The notes under the pieces were generated by a model. It searched no databases. It had not been told where the DNA came from and was given only the letters and a program-made list of their open reading frames with translations. From Alphaproteobacteria bacterium (GTDB taxonomy: Bacteria > Pseudomonadota > Alphaproteobacteria > SP197), in contig OZ245842.1 in assembly GCA_965228895.1 (NCBI GenBank), forward strand, positions 5,056,001 to 5,120,000: a DNA stretch of 64,000 bases. The letters run 5' to 3'. Positions 48,426-58,883 of this stretch are shown here, one piece after another (the first letter of the stretch is position 1; each line of letters opens with the position of its first letter). A program made the position numbers and the translations under genes.

Positions 48426-48746
48426 ATGATACCCAGCATTCGATTTTCAGGATGGTTGGCGGCGACGGCGGTTTTGGCCGCGCCCGCCTTGGCCTGGGCC
48501 GATTACGGTGATGGCCAACATATGATGTGGGGCGGCGGCATGGGTGGCCTGTTCGGTATCGTCATGATGCTGATCATGGTGGCCCTCATCGCGGCGGTGG
48601 TCGCCTTGATCTGGCGCGCGATCAATCCGGGCAAGTCGCAGACAACGAGCGACGATTCGGCGCTTGGGATTTTGAAGGAGCGCTACGCAAGGGGCGAGAT
48701 CGACAAGCAGGAATACGAGGAACGGCGTCGGATTCTCAAGGCATGA
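48426..48746 (+). CDS. SHOCT-domain membrane protein
   Basis: Signal peptide, HMMWGGG, TM helix, ILKERYARGEIDKQEYEERR. Confidence 0.85.
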   Translation: MIPSIRFSGWLAATAVLAAPALAWADYGDGQHMMWGGGMGGLFGIVMMLIMVALIAAVVALIWRAINPGKSQTTSDDSALGILKERYARGEIDKQEYEERRRILKA

Positions 48747-49153
48747 GTGGCCTGACCATCGGACAGGCGGCCGAATATTCGGGTCTGCCGGCCAAGACGA
48801 TTCGTTTCTACGAGGAGATTGGCCTTGTCGAACCCGCGCACCGGACCGACAACGGTTATCGCGTCTATTCCGATGCGGATCTCCACGTCCTGCGTTTTGT
48901 CGAGCGCGCGCGGCGCCATGGATTTACTGTCGATGACTGTCGCCAGCTCCTGGCGCTCTATCGCGACCGTGATCGCTCGAGCGGCGAGGTCAAGTCGCTG
49001 ACGCAAAAACGTATTGCTGAGATCGACGGTAAGATTGAGGAGCTCATGTCGATGCGCCGCGCCCTCGCGGACCTGGCCACGCGCTGCCATGGTGACAGCC
49101 GACCAGATTGTCCGATTCTGGACGATCTGGCTGAGGGCGATGACGGTGTATGA
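48743..49153 (+). CDS. cueR: Cu(I)-responsive MerR family regulator
   Basis: [17 protein letters not shown]-terminal [12 protein letters not shown]. Confidence 0.93.
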   Translation: MSGLTIGQAAEYSGLPAKTIRFYEEIGLVEPAHRTDNGYRVYSDADLHVLRFVERARRHGFTVDDCRQLLALYRDRDRSSGEVKSLTQKRIAEIDGKIEELMSMRRALADLATRCHGDSRPDCPILDDLAEGDDGV

Positions 49154-51536
49154 TGTCCGGCACGATGCCTGTAGTGGGCACGCAGCTGGAAAGCAGACGC
49201 ACCATGTATGCCACATGCATCCTGACATCGTTCAAGACGGACCGGGAACTTGTCCGGAATGCGGAATGGCGTTGAAGAGTTCGGTTGCACCGCCACCACC
49301 GCCAGCGGCAGCCATTTACACCTGTCCCATGCATCCCGACGTGCGCCAAGAAGGTCCCGGCACCTGTCCTGATTGCGGCATGGCGCTGGAGCCGGAGGCA
49401 CCGGTCACCGCGACGGTGACCCGTTACACCTGTCCGATGCATCCAGAGATCATCCGCGATGGGCCCGGCGACTGTCCGATCTGCGGCATGGCGCTGGAAC
49501 CGATGGCGGTCACCGCCGAACAGCCGCCCAATCCGGAGCTGATCGACTTCACCCGCCGTTTCTGGATCGGCCTGGTGCTTGGCCTGCCTGTGCTCCTGCT
49601 GGAGATGGCGGCCCATGTCGGCATGCCGGTCCACGACGTGATTGACGCGCGCACGTCCCAGTGGGTCCAGGGCGTGTTGGCGACACCGGTCGTCCTGTGG
49701 TGCGGCCTGCCGTTCTTCCAGCGCGGCTGGCGGTCGATCGTGACCCGGCGTCTCAACATGTTCACGCTGATCGCGATCGGCACCGGCGCGGCCTATGCCT
49801 ACAGCGTCTTCGCGCTGCTTTTCCCGAATGCCTTTCCGTCGGAATTTCAGACATCGGGCGGCACCGTGCCCGTCTATTTCGAAGCCGCCGCCGTCATCAT
49901 CGTGCTGATCCTGTTGGGTCAGGTGCTGGAGCTGAGGGCGCGCGAGCGGACCGGCAACGCGTTGCGCAGTCTGCTTGATCTCGCGCCGCGCACGGCACGG
50001 CGTCTGGTCGATGGCGGTGATGATGAAGAAGTGCCGCTGGACCAGGTCGTGGCCGGCGACCTGTTGCGTGTTCGGCCGGGCGAGAAGGTGCCGGTCGACG
50101 GCGAAGTCACCGATGGCCGCAGCAACGTCGATGAGTCCATGGTGACCGGCGAGCCTGTGCCGGTGACGAAGCAGGCCGGCGACCTTGTCATCGGCGGTAC
50201 GGTCAACGGCGAAGGCGGGTTTGTCATGCGCGCTACCGGCGTCGGATCCGACACCATGCTGGCGCAGATCGTCACCATGGTTGCCAAGGCGCAACGCAGC
50301 CGTGCGCCGATCCAGGGTGCTGCCGACAAGGTCGCCGGCATCTTTGTGCCGGGCGTCGTCGCCATCGCGGCGATCGCATTCGTTGCCTGGATGATCTGGG
50401 GTCCGGCACCCCGTTTCGACTATGCCCTGGTTGCCGCCGTCTCTGTCTTGATTATCGCGTGCCCCTGTGCGCTCGGCTTGGCGACGCCCGTCTCGATCAT
50501 GGTCGGTACGGGACGCGGCGCCCATATGGGTGTCTTGATTCGCGATGCCGAGTCCCTCGAGCGCTTCGAGAAGGTCGACACCCTGGTGGTCGACAAGACC
50601 GGTACGGTGACGGAGGGACGGCCGCAGCTGGTCTCTGTCGTCGCAGTCGGCGCGGCCGATGAGAACGAGTTGCTGCGGCTTGCCGCGAGTTTGGAGCGTG
50701 CCAGCGAACATCCTCTGGCCGCGTCGATCGTCGCGGGCGCACGCGAACGCAATCTCGCCTTGGCCGAGGCAACGAACTTCGAGTCCGTGACCGGGCAGGG
50801 TGTCACCGGCCAGGTCGATGGCCACCGCGTCGCGCTCGGTAATGTCAAGCTGCTGGACGGCCTGGGCATTGCATCGGACGCGCTGGCGACACGGGCGGCC
50901 GATGACCGCGCGCGCGGCGAGACCGTCATGCTTGTCGCCATCGACGGCGAGGCGGCCGGGCTGATCGGTGTTGCCGACCCCATCAAACAGACCAGCGCCG
51001 CCGCGCTCGATCAACTGTCAGCCATGGGAATTCGCATCGTCATGCTGACCGGCGATACGGAAGCGACCGCCAAGGCGGTCGCGGCCAAGCTGCCGATCGA
51101 CGAGGTGATCGCCGACGTGCTGCCGACCGAGAAAGGCGCGGTGATCGAACGGTTGCGCGGCGAAGGCCGGGTGGTCGCCATGGCCGGCGACGGCGTCAAC
51201 GACGCGCCGGCGCTGGCCGAGGCCGCTGTCGGTATCGCCATGGGTACCGGCGCCGATGTCGCCAAGGAAAGCGCCGGCATCACCCTGGTCAAGGGCAACC
51301 TGGATGGCATCGTACGTGCCCGCCACCTGAGCCACGCGGTGATGGCGAACATCCGTCAGAACCTGTTCTTCGCCTTTATCTATAACGGCCTGGGCGTGCC
51401 GATCGCCGCCGGTCTGCTCTATCCCTTCTTCGGCATTCTGCTGAGCCCGATGATCGCCGCGGCCGCCATGAGTCTGAGCTCGGTATCGGTCATCTCGAAC
51501 GCGTTGCGGTTGAAGACGGTCAAGCTCGACGGTTGA
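49140..51536 (+). CDS. copA: Cu(I)-translocating P1B-type ATPase with three N-terminal CxMHP...CPxCGM domains
   Basis: [34 protein letters not shown]. Confidence 0.93.
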   Translation: MTVYDVRHDACSGHAAGKQTHHVCHMHPDIVQDGPGTCPECGMALKSSVAPPPPPAAAIYTCPMHPDVRQEGPGTCPDCGMALEPEAPVTATVTRYTCPMHPEIIRDGPGDCPICGMALEPMAVTAEQPPNPELIDFTRRFWIGLVLGLPVLLLEMAAHVGMPVHDVIDARTSQWVQGVLATPVVLWCGLPFFQRGWRSIVTRRLNMFTLIAIGTGAAYAYSVFALLFPNAFPSEFQTSGGTVPVYFEAAAVIIVLILLGQVLELRARERTGNALRSLLDLAPRTARRLVDGGDDEEVPLDQVVAGDLLRVRPGEKVPVDGEVTDGRSNVDESMVTGEPVPVTKQAGDLVIGGTVNGEGGFVMRATGVGSDTMLAQIVTMVAKAQRSRAPIQGAADKVAGIFVPGVVAIAAIAFVAWMIWGPAPRFDYALVAAVSVLIIACPCALGLATPVSIMVGTGRGAHMGVLIRDAESLERFEKVDTLVVDKTGTVTEGRPQLVSVVAVGAADENELLRLAASLERASEHPLAASIVAGARERNLALAEATNFESVTGQGVTGQVDGHRVALGNVKLLDGLGIASDALATRAADDRARGETVMLVAIDGEAAGLIGVADPIKQTSAAALDQLSAMGIRIVMLTGDTEATAKAVAAKLPIDEVIADVLPTEKGAVIERLRGEGRVVAMAGDGVNDAPALAEAAVGIAMGTGADVAKESAGITLVKGNLDGIVRARHLSHAVMANIRQNLFFAFIYNGLGVPIAAGLLYPFFGILLSPMIAAAAMSLSSVSVISNALRLKTVKLDG

Positions 51537-51754
51537 AGGCGGCAACCGCCATGCTGAAGGATGTGATTCGGCAAGGCGGCTCAACCTTGCCCCGCCCCGT
51601 CCCATCGGCGCATAATCAGGCGTCCCAGAGCCGAACCATCCAGATGGCGTCGCCAAGCGATGGTATCTTGGCTGTTGATTTGCTCTAACCCATTGACGTC
51701 GTTGAGATTTGCACGGCTTGGCACGAGCCGTGATCCGATCAAGCGGAGAACATC

Positions 51755-52795
51755 ATGACCGATATCGACATTCGTCCGATCGACCACGCTTCGGCTTGGA
51801 AAGGCAGTGATTTCAAGGGCCCGGACGATTTTGCGTTCGACCTTCAGCCGCGCCACCTGGATGCCTTCAAGGCTGTGATCGCGCGGGCCAATCACGCTGG
51901 CGTTGGCCTCCAGGAGCTCGGGCCTGAGCATGTCGCCATGCCGGAAATTGAAGATGACCTTCTCTCTATCCGCGACGAACTGATGGAGGGACGCGGTCTG
52001 ATCGTTCTGCGCGGCTTCCCGGTCGAGACCATGAGCGAGGCTGATCTGGGCATTGTCTACTGGGCGATCGGCACCTATTTCGGCCGCGGCGTCGCGCAAA
52101 GCCCGATGGGTGACCGGCTGGGTTATGTCACCGATGTTTCGGAGCCGGGCAAGCGCGAGCGCGGCTATCGAAGCGCCATGGAGCTTCGCCTGCATACGGA
52201 TTCCGACGACATCGTCGGCCTGATGTGCATTCGCCAGGCCAAGAGCGGCGGCATGAGCCGGTTGACCAGCTCGGTCGCCATCCACAACGAAATCGCCGCG
52301 ACAAGGCCCGATCTGTTGCCACCCCTCTACGAAGGTTTTCACTATCACTGGTTCGGCGAACAGCCGCCCGGCGAAGGTGTCGTCACCGACTACAAGATCC
52401 CGGTGTTCTGTCGTGAAGGCGGAAAGCTGTCGTGCTGTTTCCTGCGCGAGTTCATCGACATGGGCGCCGAAGAGCTGGGCGAGCCGCTGAGCGAGCAACA
52501 GGTCGAAGCGCTCGACTACTTCGAGACCGTCGCCAATCGTGACGACATCGTCTTGACCTATCGGCTTGAGCCCGGCTGGACGTCGTTCATCAACAACTAC
52601 ACCGTCTTGCATTCGCGAACCGGTTTCGAAGACTGGCCCGAGCAGGAACGTCGCCGGCTGCTGTTCCGCTTGTGGCTGAAAGCAGACCCGCCGCGGCCGG
52701 TGCATCAGAACCTGCGCCGCTATTACGGTGACGACGGCATGCATGTCGACGGACGCGATCACACGTATTTCGAACCCGATCGCGCCAGCGCCTGA
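51755..52795 (+). CDS. TauD/TfdA family Fe(II)/2-oxoglutarate dioxygenase
   Basis: HTD...NN...LHSR...R.L.RLW. Confidence 0.88.
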   Translation: MTDIDIRPIDHASAWKGSDFKGPDDFAFDLQPRHLDAFKAVIARANHAGVGLQELGPEHVAMPEIEDDLLSIRDELMEGRGLIVLRGFPVETMSEADLGIVYWAIGTYFGRGVAQSPMGDRLGYVTDVSEPGKRERGYRSAMELRLHTDSDDIVGLMCIRQAKSGGMSRLTSSVAIHNEIAATRPDLLPPLYEGFHYHWFGEQPPGEGVVTDYKIPVFCREGGKLSCCFLREFIDMGAEELGEPLSEQQVEALDYFETVANRDDIVLTYRLEPGWTSFINNYTVLHSRTGFEDWPEQERRRLLFRLWLKADPPRPVHQNLRRYYGDDGMHVDGRDHTYFEPDRASA

Positions 52796-52871
52796 TCCCC
52801 TGACCCGGTTTGCGGCATCCCCCCTCGCCGCGTCGCGTTTCACTTTTCCTATCCGCCAGCGAGGTGTGGTC

Positions 52872-54236
52872 ATGGCGATCAAGAGTATCAATCCAACGAC
52901 CGGTGAAACGCTTCAAAGTTTCAAGGAGCTGACGGCCGCCGAACTCGACGCCAAGCTGGCAAGCGCGGCCGAGGCGCAGGCCGCCTGGCGTCAAACCGAT
53001 TTCGGTGCGCGCAGCAAGCTGATGCACGATGTCGCGAGAGCACTCGAAGCGCGGCGCGACGAGTGGGCGGCCATGATGACGGCCGAGATGGGCAAGACGT
53101 TTGTTTCTGCCAAGGCCGAAGTCGACAAGTGCGCATGGGTCTGCCGCTACTACGCGGAGAACGCCAGCGGCTTTTTGGCTGATCAGGTCATCGCGTCGGA
53201 TGCCAGCCGCAGCTACGTGCGCTTTCTGCCGTTGGGTGTCGTGCTGGCGGTCATGCCGTGGAACTTTCCGTTCTGGCAACTCTTCCGGTTTGCCGCGCCC
53301 GCGATCATGGCGGGCAATGCCGGCGTCCTGAAGCACGCGTCCAACGTACCGCAGAGCGCGCTCGCCATCGAGCAGGTGTTCGCCGACGCCAAGGCGCCGG
53401 AGGGTCTTTTTCAGACTCTGCTGATCGGCTCATCCAAGGTCGCGCGCGTCATCGATGACGACCGGATCGCCGCCGCGACGCTGACCGGCAGCACCGAGGC
53501 CGGTATCGCGGTCGCCGGGCGCGCCGGCGCCAACATCAAGAAGACCGTGTTGGAGCTGGGCGGCAGCGACCCCTTCATCGTCATGCCCTCGGCCAGGCTC
53601 GAAGAAGCGGTGACGACGGCGGTCAAGGCGCGCACCATCAACAACGGCCAGTCCTGTATCGCGGCTAAACGTTTCATCGTGCACAAGGACGTCTACACGA
53701 AGTTCAAGAACGAGTTCGTCAAGGCGATGAAGGCACTGAAGGTCGGCGATCCCATGGATGCGGCCACGGATATCGGCCCGCTCGCGACGCAACAGGGCGT
53801 GGACGATGTCGACAGCCAAGTGAAGGCCTCGGTGAAAGCCGGCGCCAAGGCGCTGTGCGGCGGCGCGCCGATCAAGGGCGACGGGTTTTTCTATCCGCCG
53901 ACCGTGCTCGCCGACATCCCGGAGGACGCGCCGGCGTTCGATCAGGAGGTCTTCGGCCCGGTAGCGCTGCTGCACAAGGTCAAGGATATCGACGCGGCGA
54001 TCGCACTCGCCAACGCCAGCGAGTTCGGCTTGGCATCCAGCGTCTGGACCAATGACGTGTCGGAACAGCGGCGCTTCATCGACGAACTGGAAGCCGGCTC
54101 GACCTTCGTCAACGCCATGGTCGCGTCCGATCCGCGCCTGCCCTTTGGCGGTGTCAAGAAGTCCGGCTATGGCCGCGAGCTCAGCCCCTACGGCATCCGC
54201 GAGTTCGTCAACGTCAAAACGATCTATATCGGCTGA
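52872..54236 (+). CDS. NAD(P)-dependent succinate-semialdehyde dehydrogenase family
   Basis: MPWNFP, TGS, LELGGSDP, GQSC, EVFGP, PFGGVKKSGYGRE. Confidence 0.92.
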   Translation: MAIKSINPTTGETLQSFKELTAAELDAKLASAAEAQAAWRQTDFGARSKLMHDVARALEARRDEWAAMMTAEMGKTFVSAKAEVDKCAWVCRYYAENASGFLADQVIASDASRSYVRFLPLGVVLAVMPWNFPFWQLFRFAAPAIMAGNAGVLKHASNVPQSALAIEQVFADAKAPEGLFQTLLIGSSKVARVIDDDRIAAATLTGSTEAGIAVAGRAGANIKKTVLELGGSDPFIVMPSARLEEAVTTAVKARTINNGQSCIAAKRFIVHKDVYTKFKNEFVKAMKALKVGDPMDAATDIGPLATQQGVDDVDSQVKASVKAGAKALCGGAPIKGDGFFYPPTVLADIPEDAPAFDQEVFGPVALLHKVKDIDAAIALANASEFGLASSVWTNDVSEQRRFIDELEAGSTFVNAMVASDPRLPFGGVKKSGYGRELSPYGIREFVNVKTIYIG

Positions 54237-54303
54237 CCGTCTTGCGGCCCACGGGTCCGCAGCTTAGGTTCCCCGCCCCCACCATGGCGGAGTTCCCAAA
54301 CCC

Positions 54304-54828
54304 ATGGACGACCTCCCGGTGTTCGACACCGAGCGTCTTTATCTGAGACCGCGTTCACACGACGACGTTGATGCCCTGGTCGCCATGCATGGCGATCCCG
54401 AGGTCATGCGCTATGTCGGCGACGGCAGCGTACCGAATGCTGCGGACCGACGAACGTCGGTCATCGATGGGCTGGCGGTACCGTTGCCAGCCGGGCTCGG
54501 CATCTGGAGCGTGTTTCCGCGTGACGCAAGAGACGACCTTCTGGGATCGACCTTTCTTGTGCCGTTGCCCGACACCGACCTGGTCGAAATCGGCTGGCGC
54601 TTTCACCGCGCTGCCTGGGGCCAGGGCTTTGCGACGGAAGCAGCATCGGCGGTTTTGGACTACGGGTTCGCGACACTGGGTCTCGATGAGATCGTGGCCG
54701 TTGTCTATCTGGAGAACGTGCGTTCCATCCGTGTCATGGAGAGGCTTGGGCTCAAGCCCGCCGGGACCTGCTTCGCCTATGGCAAAGACCTGCCGATCTG
54801 GCGCATGAAGCGACCTACTTGTTCTTGA
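54304..54828 (+). CDS. RimJ/RimL-type GNAT acetyltransferase
   Basis: TERLYLR, EIGW...WGQGFATEA, N.RS..VMERLG. Confidence 0.9.
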   Translation: MDDLPVFDTERLYLRPRSHDDVDALVAMHGDPEVMRYVGDGSVPNAADRRTSVIDGLAVPLPAGLGIWSVFPRDARDDLLGSTFLVPLPDTDLVEIGWRFHRAAWGQGFATEAASAVLDYGFATLGLDEIVAVVYLENVRSIRVMERLGLKPAGTCFAYGKDLPIWRMKRPTCS

Positions 54829-55552
54829 AGTCCGGCTTGCGTTTGTCGTTGAAGGCGGCAAGTCCTTCTTTCAGGTCTTCGCTGGCAAAGGTGCGCTCGG
54901 TCATGTGGCGGGCGTAACCGGCCAGTTCGGTCGGGCCTTTGGGCAGGGTGCGTCCGGCAAACGCCTTCAAGGTCTCCATGACCATCGGTGCGTTGGCGGC
55001 AAGACGCGTGGCGTAATCCATGGCGGCATCCATCAGCTGATCGCCCGGCACGACGCGGTTGACGAAGCCGACCTCATAGGCGCGTTGCGCTGTCATCTTT
55101 TCGCCGACCAGCAGGAACTCCATGGCGATCTTGTGCGGGATGCGCGCCACCATGGAGGTGATGAGCCCGCCGGTGAAACCGATCTTGGCTTCGGGATAGC
55201 TGAACCACGCGTCTTCGGCGGCGACCGCGAGGTCGGCGAACTGCACGAGAACGACGCCACCGCCGACCGCAAGCCCGTTGACCGCGGCGATGATCGGCTT
55301 GTTGACCTCAATGCCGACGCCCGGCGTGTAGGGCCAGATCTCGCCGCCGTCTTTGAGATCCGCGCCGGCGGTAAAGGCGCGGCCCGCGCCGGTCAGGATA
55401 GCGACCCGGTCGTCACCGTCGTTGAAGCGATGCCAGTTCTCGACCATGGCGTCGCACACGTCCTGGTTCAGGGCGTTCAGCTTGTCCGGCCGGTTCAGCG
55501 TGATGACGGCGACCTTGTCGATGGACTCATAGAGAACGGGTTCGTCCGACAT
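54815..55552 (-). CDS. Enoyl-CoA hydratase/isomerase family protein
   Basis: LNRPDKLNAL, FTAGADL, KPIIAAVNG...GGG, PE. Confidence 0.9.
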   Translation of the reverse strand: MSDEPVLYESIDKVAVITLNRPDKLNALNQDVCDAMVENWHRFNDGDDRVAILTGAGRAFTAGADLKDGGEIWPYTPGVGIEVNKPIIAAVNGLAVGGGVVLVQFADLAVAAEDAWFSYPEAKIGFTGGLITSMVARIPHKIAMEFLLVGEKMTAQRAYEVGFVNRVVPGDQLMDAAMDYATRLAANAPMVMETLKAFAGRTLPKGPTELAGYARHMTERTFASEDLKEGLAAFNDKRKPDFKNK

Positions 55553-55627
55553 CACGGGCTCCGTTGTTGTGCGGTCTTGATGATAGGCCGCGGTGTCTTA
55601 GTCCGCGACCCCGCATCGTCGCGCTGC

Positions 55628-56851
55628 TCAGTGCGATCGTCTTTCGTGGAGCTTCAGGAGACCGGCGCCGGTTGCGGCTATTATCGCCAGGACGATCATC
55701 GGCAGCGGGATGAAGACGGCGGCCAGGAAACCGGCGACCAGGCCGGACAGCGATTCTGCGCCGACCTGAAGCGACTGGTTGTTGCCCAGCACCTGGCCTT
55801 GTTCGTCCTCGCCGACGGCAAAGGACAGCACCGCCGTGCAAGTCGGCAGGCAGACGGCCAGAAACAAACCGGCGAAAAACAGCGTGATCCACAATGCGCT
55901 CTGGGACGACGGCACGATGATCGCGATCATCGCAGCGGCGAACAGGATCGCCGACCAGAACATCAGCGCTTGCGTGGCGAAACGTTTCATCAGCCAGGCG
56001 ATGGCGAACAGGTTGATGGCCATGACCGGGACCGCGACCCAGGCAATGAACTCCGCCAGCACCGTGACGTCCATGCCGAACTCGTCGACCAAATACATGG
56101 GGTAGCTGCGGAAGAACCCGAAGATTGCCAGATAGATGCAGAAGTTGATCAGATAGAGCATGCGCAGCCGCCGGTCCGTGACGACATTGAGCAGGTTCGT
56201 GAAGGCGCTGAACAGGCGAACGCGATCGGCCGGTTGCGCGGTCCTCGTCTCGCCAAGGCCGAAGACCGCCCACACTGTCGTCAAGGCCAGCAAAGCCAGA
56301 ACCAGCCAGAAGGGCGTCGCGTCGTTGAACCAGGAGACCAGACTGGCGTCTGCCAAATAGCCGCCGAACAGCGGTCCGATGATGTAGGCGAAGCTGATGG
56401 TGAAGAAGACGTAGCCGAAGTACTGCCCGCGTTGCTCGGGTTCCGTCACGTCGGCGATCGCGCTTTGGCTGATGGTGACATTGCCTTCGCACAGCCCGCC
56501 CAGCAGGCACGCGACCATCAAGAGCACGAGATTGTGGTTCTCCAGCGCCATCGCCAGCATGAAGTAGACGGCGACCGCCAGAACAAGCGACGTCAGCAGA
56601 ACCGGTTTGCGCCCATAGCGGTCGGAGAGGCTGCCGAGGATCGGGGCGCTGACGAACTGACCGAAGGGGTAAAGCGCCAGGAGAACGCCCAGGATGATCG
56701 TGCGTGTGCCGGTCGGCGTGCCCTTGGCGATGACGCCGCCTTCGGCCTGCATGATCATCGGCGTAAAAACCGTGATCATCAGGCTGTAGCCCAAGAAACC
56801 GATGAAAACGATGACGTAGAGCGGCAGTAGCCGCACGAGCGTGGCGCTCAT
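55628..56851 (-). CDS. MFS transporter (DHA1/TetA-like)
   Basis: GSLSDRYGRKP, IIGPLFGG; 12 TM. Confidence 0.9.
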   Translation of the reverse strand: MSATLVRLLPLYVIVFIGFLGYSLMITVFTPMIMQAEGGVIAKGTPTGTRTIILGVLLALYPFGQFVSAPILGSLSDRYGRKPVLLTSLVLAVAVYFMLAMALENHNLVLLMVACLLGGLCEGNVTISQSAIADVTEPEQRGQYFGYVFFTISFAYIIGPLFGGYLADASLVSWFNDATPFWLVLALLALTTVWAVFGLGETRTAQPADRVRLFSAFTNLLNVVTDRRLRMLYLINFCIYLAIFGFFRSYPMYLVDEFGMDVTVLAEFIAWVAVPVMAINLFAIAWLMKRFATQALMFWSAILFAAAMIAIIVPSSQSALWITLFFAGLFLAVCLPTCTAVLSFAVGEDEQGQVLGNNQSLQVGAESLSGLVAGFLAAVFIPLPMIVLAIIAATGAGLLKLHERRSH

Positions 56852-56967
56852 TCAATCAGCCCGGAAAAACTAACCATCTGCGCGATTCAGTGTTGTCGGG
56901 CGGTGATGGTAGTCTGCACCGCCCAAGACGGCGAGCCCGCATTGCCACGCGACAGTGGAGAACTGGA

Positions 56968-57882
56968 ATGGCTGATCTCGAACGTCTCGACGCCCGAACC
57001 GCCACGCGCAACGCCATCGCCCGCGCGCTCGATGATGCCGGCTACGTGGTCATCGAGAACATGATGACGCCAAATGATCTCGCCAACCTGCGCGGCGAAC
57101 TTGAACCCCATTTCGCGGCGACCAAAACCGGCGAGACGGGCTTTCTGGGCGGGCACACCAAACGGTTCAACAATCTCTTCATGCGCGCGCCGACGACGCG
57201 GCGGATGGTGTTGCATCCGCTGCTTCTTGCCGCCGCCGATCATCTGTTGCTGCCGTGGTGCGCGCGTTATCACGTGACGTATACAGGCGTCATGCATCTC
57301 ATGCCGGACGAGAGTGCACAGGCGCTCCACCGCGATGCCTTTTTCTATCCCTTCCGCAATCCCGGGCCCGTCACACAGCAAGGTTCGCTGTGGGCGGTGA
57401 CCGACTTCACCGCCGAGAATGGCGCGACGCGGGTCGTGCCGGGCAGCCACCGGTGGGAGGAAGAGCGCCAGCCCGAGCCGGACGAGATTATCGCTGCTGA
57501 GATGCCGGCGGGCTCGGCCTTGATCTATGCACACAACATCATTCATGGCGGCGGCGCCAACCGCACGGAACTGCCGCGCACGGCCGTCGCCCTCAACTTC
57601 TCGCTCGGCTGGCTGCGTCAGCAGGAAAACCAGTTCCTGACCCTACCGCCGGACAAGGCGAAGGACCTGCCCGAGCAGCTCCAGCGCCTGATCGGCTACG
57701 ATTTCGGTGCGCCGTTCATGGGTGCGGTCAACGGCCAGAACCCTCATGCGCTGTTGGAGGAACCGGGCGGTGAACCGGGTCTGCGCAACGATCCCGAGCT
57801 CGACCGCGCCTATCGCGAGCGCATCAACTGGCTGAAGGCCGAAGCGGTCCCGCCGCCGCCAGGCGTGTTGCCGACAGACTAA
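56968..57882 (+). CDS. PhyH family Fe(II)/2-oxoglutarate dioxygenase
   Basis: HRD, NGATRVVPGSH, HGGGAN...R, WLRQQEN. Confidence 0.9.
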   Translation: MADLERLDARTATRNAIARALDDAGYVVIENMMTPNDLANLRGELEPHFAATKTGETGFLGGHTKRFNNLFMRAPTTRRMVLHPLLLAAADHLLLPWCARYHVTYTGVMHLMPDESAQALHRDAFFYPFRNPGPVTQQGSLWAVTDFTAENGATRVVPGSHRWEEERQPEPDEIIAAEMPAGSALIYAHNIIHGGGANRTELPRTAVALNFSLGWLRQQENQFLTLPPDKAKDLPEQLQRLIGYDFGAPFMGAVNGQNPHALLEEPGGEPGLRNDPELDRAYRERINWLKAEAVPPPPGVLPTD

Positions 57883-57956
57883 GACGACGTCACATTGAGA
57901 CGGCTGGTCGACCCAGCAATGCCGTCTTAAGCTTCCAGACCTTAAGGAGGTGGCTC

Positions 57957-58880
57957 ATGGCAAAGCTCAACCGATATGATGCGGCCGCGACTTCCGCGCA
58001 GGAGGTCGCGCAAGCCATTGCTGACGACGGCTACGCGATCATATCGGGTGCGTTGGACGCGACCGGTTTGGCAGCGTTCAAGGGCGAGCTCGATCCTTTG
58101 ATCGAGGCGACGCCGTGCGGCCACGAAGACTTCATGGGCAAACACACCAAACGCTTCGGTTGCCTGATGGCGCGCTGCCCGAAATCGCACGACATGGCCC
58201 TCGACCCGCTGGTCCTGGGCGTCGTCGAGGCGGTGCTCGGCCCCTACTGTGCGAACGTTCAGATCAACTACACCGGCGTCATGCATCTGGAGCCCGGCGA
58301 AAAGGCGCAGGTTCTGCACCGCGACGCCTCGCTCTACCCGTTCCAGAACCCGGCGCCGCCGACGATCTGTGCGACCATGTGGGCGGTCAGCGACTTCACC
58401 AAAGAGAACGGCGCGACCTGTCTGGTGCCGGGCAGCCACTTATGGGAGGACGCGCGCGATCCCACACCCGACGAGATCGTCATGGCGGAAATGCCGGCGG
58501 GTTCGGTGCTGATCTATAACGGCAGCACCATCCATGCCGGTGGCGCCAACCGCTCGAATGGCGCGCGCACCGGGGCCGCCATCCAGTTCGCGCTGGGCTG
58601 GTTACGCCAGGAAGAAAACCAGTATCTCGCCATGCCGATCGAGCAGGCGCGCACGCTGCCCAAAAGACTTCAGGAACTGATGGGCTACGACCTCGGCACG
58701 GTCAACCTGGGCTTCGTCGACCACAAACATCCCAACGACATCCTGAACGGCACCGCCGGCGAGGGCCCCGGTGATCTCGGTCCGCAGGCGCTGATGGACA
58801 AGGACAACGCCATCCTGCGCATGAAAGTCAGCGACTATCGCGCGGTCGGCCGCCGCCGCTTTTCGGTCGAGGCGGAATAG
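57957..58880 (+). CDS. PhyH family Fe(II)/2-oxoglutarate dioxygenase
   Basis: HRD, NGAT.LVPGSH, HAGGAN...R, WLRQEEN; AAGGAGG RBS. Confidence 0.9.
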   Translation: MAKLNRYDAAATSAQEVAQAIADDGYAIISGALDATGLAAFKGELDPLIEATPCGHEDFMGKHTKRFGCLMARCPKSHDMALDPLVLGVVEAVLGPYCANVQINYTGVMHLEPGEKAQVLHRDASLYPFQNPAPPTICATMWAVSDFTKENGATCLVPGSHLWEDARDPTPDEIVMAEMPAGSVLIYNGSTIHAGGANRSNGARTGAAIQFALGWLRQEENQYLAMPIEQARTLPKRLQELMGYDLGTVNLGFVDHKHPNDILNGTAGEGPGDLGPQALMDKDNAILRMKVSDYRAVGRRRFSVEAE

Positions 58881-58883
58881 ACG

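Noticed and set aside
49044-51014. 656-aa minus-strand ORF
   Set aside because: Antisense to copA, which has all P-type ATPase motifs
51710-51735. TTGGCACG upstream of the TauD gene as a sigma54 promoter
   Set aside because: No TTGC at -12 and no enhancer sites seen; the CACGGCT/AGCCGTG dyad could be an operator but has no supporting evidence
54905-56830. 641-aa plus-strand ORF
   Set aside because: Antisense shadow of the MFS and enoyl-CoA hydratase genes; no motifs; long shadow ORFs are expected at this GC content
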